Virus record (IMG/VR): IMGVR_UViG_3300030329_004008
Location: 1-55,362 of that record
Origin: a virus
Taxonomy: Duplodnaviria > Caudoviricetes
Strand: one strand, 5' to 3'
Length of the DNA: 55,362 nt
Part shown: positions 54,801 to 55,362 of the stretch, piece after piece
Layout of the letters: the number at the start of each line of letters is the position of its first letter
Position numbering within the stretch: the stretch's first letter is position 1
Notes under the pieces: generated by a model
What the model saw: only the letters and a program-made list of their open reading frames with translations
Told to the model about the DNA's origin: nothing
The model's database searches: none
Position numbers and translations under genes: made by a program

Positions 54801-55362
54801 TATGCTCTATTTTTTGCAGAACTAATTGACTCTTCCATTAAAGGGGTTGGATTATCTCTAATAAGGTCTAGAACATCTTCTTTAGTGTTTAGTAAGGAAA
54901 CATCCAACCCTCTACCTTGAGCAATTTCTTTTAAATCTTTAAGAGATCTATGCTGATTAGTCTCGATCCAATTCTCTTGACGTCTCTTTCTTTCTTGCCA
55001 TATAGCAGGATGCACACCTTCTGGCGCACCTAATGCATCAATTCTATCAGCTTCTGCCCTTTCAGCATCCATCTTGGCTGCTTCAGCTTCTTCCTCTTGC
55101 TGTGGAGCGGTAAGCTCTGTCTCTTCTCCAAAGATTCTAACCTGACCAGAAACATTAGGCTCTGTGTCTTCATATCCAGGAACCCCAAAGGCTTCTTGCT
55201 CATCTTTTTTCTGAAGCCTACGTACAAGGTCAGCCTTCCTTTCGCCCTTCTGCTGTTGAGGCATTTCACGAGTCTCTAGTAATGTATTCAGCTTTGGTAT
55301 AGTAAGCTTGTTATAATCTACAGGCTCTTCAGTTAGCTCGTCTGGATTTAAAAATCCTGGAG
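48875..55362 (-). CDS. C-terminal part of a giant polyvalent protein: HExxH peptidase + GNAT + Pol-beta NTase + two-barrel (RdRP/crAss vRNAP-like) RNA polymerase
   Basis: HEYFH 54530-54544; RGKGLG 54101-54118; TGS...HDLD ~53276-53347; RTDGASIIS ~51293-51319; HRSP 50423-50434; GDYDGD 50303-50320; AVDNHK ~49925-49942. The frame stays open to the window end. Confidence 0.85.
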   Translation of the reverse strand, partial: PGFLNPDELTEEPVDYNKLTIPKLNTLLETREMPQQQKGERKADLVRRLQKKDEQEAFGVPGYEDTEPNVSGQVRIFGEETELTAPQQEEEAEAAKMDAERAEADRIDALGAPEGVHPAIWQERKRRQENWIETNQHRSLKDLKEIAQGRGLDVSLLNTKEDVLDLIRDNPTPLMEESISSAKNRAYLEDLKDKHDWGIDYQAIKETKLPLADDAQEWADRVKAKLREDFPNIAGKEVDQIIDHLSGEEQAGRAFNTIAEWAKGKATVDTAPHEYFHILVKALRGHPLIEKALQDMKTEEQLTQYVGEYYANALKDAPGSLKARVKNFLRKFWAHVKKVFGRPSQYIAQKFVEGDQLFQVGEEIAVEAYKRKGAQHEAASTILLNQLVKKYGLKWTPHPTDKSRIGNIVVPENLRGKGLGTRFFESIKEVMVGRGEQIINIIAHPDSIDFWKKMGFEFSFTPLTRFEDDSPQSRLLNFLIDYGFEVNDVQELFVNLANKRVDLNRHDINHVSKVMADALSEMLSYSQDFYDIREAVKDTDRYKNAIEQIYKDNPDINGRIALRLATKEIFQDLLQSGFSERLAKELNVSDSLLKRIKVFVQKVLDSLTGANWSVIQPAINKIVDNTFKHESFVATTKKPGYVLIDFQEAFDMNPIAKDIMTKIGTADDIILTGSIAYSTQGSVYRPKDSVVHDLDFVNIGTRESAISLIKKHFKGAIEAYSFSLPGGASTDTFLVPPSGHKVSDIKRRKDGKKIISYNVRNAKNEIVGTYKLDYKMNDAGNIISETEIKTGTEAMLVDFFSGPEAQGRENPIMHDFVGSDGNRYQVQLAHYEDPFRAKLSYSRFKDIWDYNRFIPTDKGPQRMHYTIPAEEMSLGQIDYQQIEPGTEAGNQALRIFDNALNAMQTKLGKSFNIKKYIAKLAEEIPFDMAAIFDVWANQHVQIGKIVKRMHAMNDVYATREEFNDAFDEIYAAVEEDLSFIPGNDNDIRAKHGVSTEYTFMRELGINIPHNKMISLLSSVLQFLNQPTLTPQEAFDAWGEGPLQVATGYRYSDFPSGSIERRRIKQFFVRTASTVTVNPASGITPRRRNLEYRTSGELVIKRNKSNFTEKSNSTRDQNLIYEATKADKKWGMQKPVFLNLKDIYEIVTKYGKAFTDKFVDVLSDDQIKQLQVYALNNFTYEDRQGVIHGLALMSTRGDSGHMMFAPILDRHMSIARNENQIKAYWKAQVVGGFITEDQMLNFMGYRIDKDGNHVRSKARYSQKWLAGEIARYEMMRRLMPANMINNGAELFRRIKIATTPVFTSPLMRGAKAVQIATNEAERNQIVFVDRNGNEGNMMDIIAGMGNKNRTDGASIISSTFTNDMHEAFGSNPLMRLFKTVIWKADLSLAVKHEMFEPEAGMKIIKIGKDGNRQLLAEVDDNGRIYQVTAEGRNEVDILMTDDEAKISNYKSGEIIDIAGEEIGLIKYHEPKKTATFGMQWTNYVHDTDLVNDLKGFMMPRIKERLKSIFTLTGSNTFNASTLLKFAQSVHSDSPHAMTTALLEKFKLGLGMHADAMGMLNKILRTQVITPALSLNNGKGTYVDLAPDYFNTHNDDEITLAATNAHQVYVAYAKENGGTVNEAKKLSLNAINKWLENTKILTLIHRSPVPYVGGARVLRVKALHNRGGQAIVSDNVSIKLLEGDYDGDAIQVEFIPDDLATSIQQFLLDAEAANRMKAISLPSMAREIDLSKAENVRLLTQMFQVGKRSVGQIAALQNVLGQLNHNFNGIKLNDGNQIKVHKLLDQVLFPEMNDSMTMEEQLRIWLQAAVDNHKHLLLSEWNYSRDKLISRLFYIADENGNWKSEINENNTEYMDLIKPIISISALTRTIRRGRGFDHSHSVTSLLKESKKLLDYINDRQGYLMDKYDGNEALSGLVSSVEFNDTLSPLEEVTVEFARQWYGDERTGIASLAEPNKISPVEYEQDVYNTVHLQSMADLEEDIDTLMQEAMDNERIYHRELTGEEITDKDLEQSIADGTSYANQMWNSKGEGENLTGEGYASIMERIAENNEAVSWDYNPDLIRFTSWWGAAYMEMGPLGQFSATIAFLRGFAQLDQQGKLMYTVQRNNLPPVSSEPDLTVLDPVLMSKYLKLYNKKIKDIEGRSESARRVAYDPLSRILKRNC
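55236..55362 (+). repeat. Terminal direct repeat, copy 2
   Basis: Matches 1-127 with a single mismatch. Confidence 0.97.

Noticed and set aside
1-55362. CRISPR array, integrase/prophage boundaries, rRNA or host genes
   Set aside because: None seen; the whole window reads as phage sequence.

Overview
The window is an apparently complete, circularly permuted genome of an AT-rich podovirus-like dsDNA phage (Caudoviricetes). A 127-bp repeat at 1-127 and 55236-55362 (one mismatch) closes the circle, giving about 55,235 bp unique. There are two divergent arms. The minus arm (32052 to 1, continuing 55362 to 45489) encodes packaging and virion genes: TerS-like, TerL, P22-like portal, scaffold, major capsid, adaptors, three fibre-like proteins, lysis genes, nozzle and large internal/ejection proteins. 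The plus arm (32254-45496) encodes early and replication genes: an AAA_24/Sak4-like ATPase, SSB-like protein, AEP primase-helicase, Gp157, DUF932 and a Holliday junction resolvase. I recognised no DNA polymerase, integrase, tRNA or CRISPR array. Main discovery: a ~2,791-aa ORF spans the contig junction and was split and partly missed by the ORF track. It carries the motif series of single-chain two-barrel RNA polymerases related to eukaryotic RNAi RdRPs and crAss-type virion RNAPs (TDGxxxIS, RSP, GDYDGD, AVDxxK), fused to HExxH peptidase, GNAT and Pol-beta nucleotidyltransferase domains. The phage's strong Shine-Dalgarno use argues against a Bacteroidota host. Other highlights are a circularly permuted Sak4-like ATPase with its Walker A at the C-terminus, tandem multibranch RNA structures in the early region, and sense-strand hairpins exposing anti-SD-like loops. 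All family assignments come from motif recognition by eye; no searches were run.
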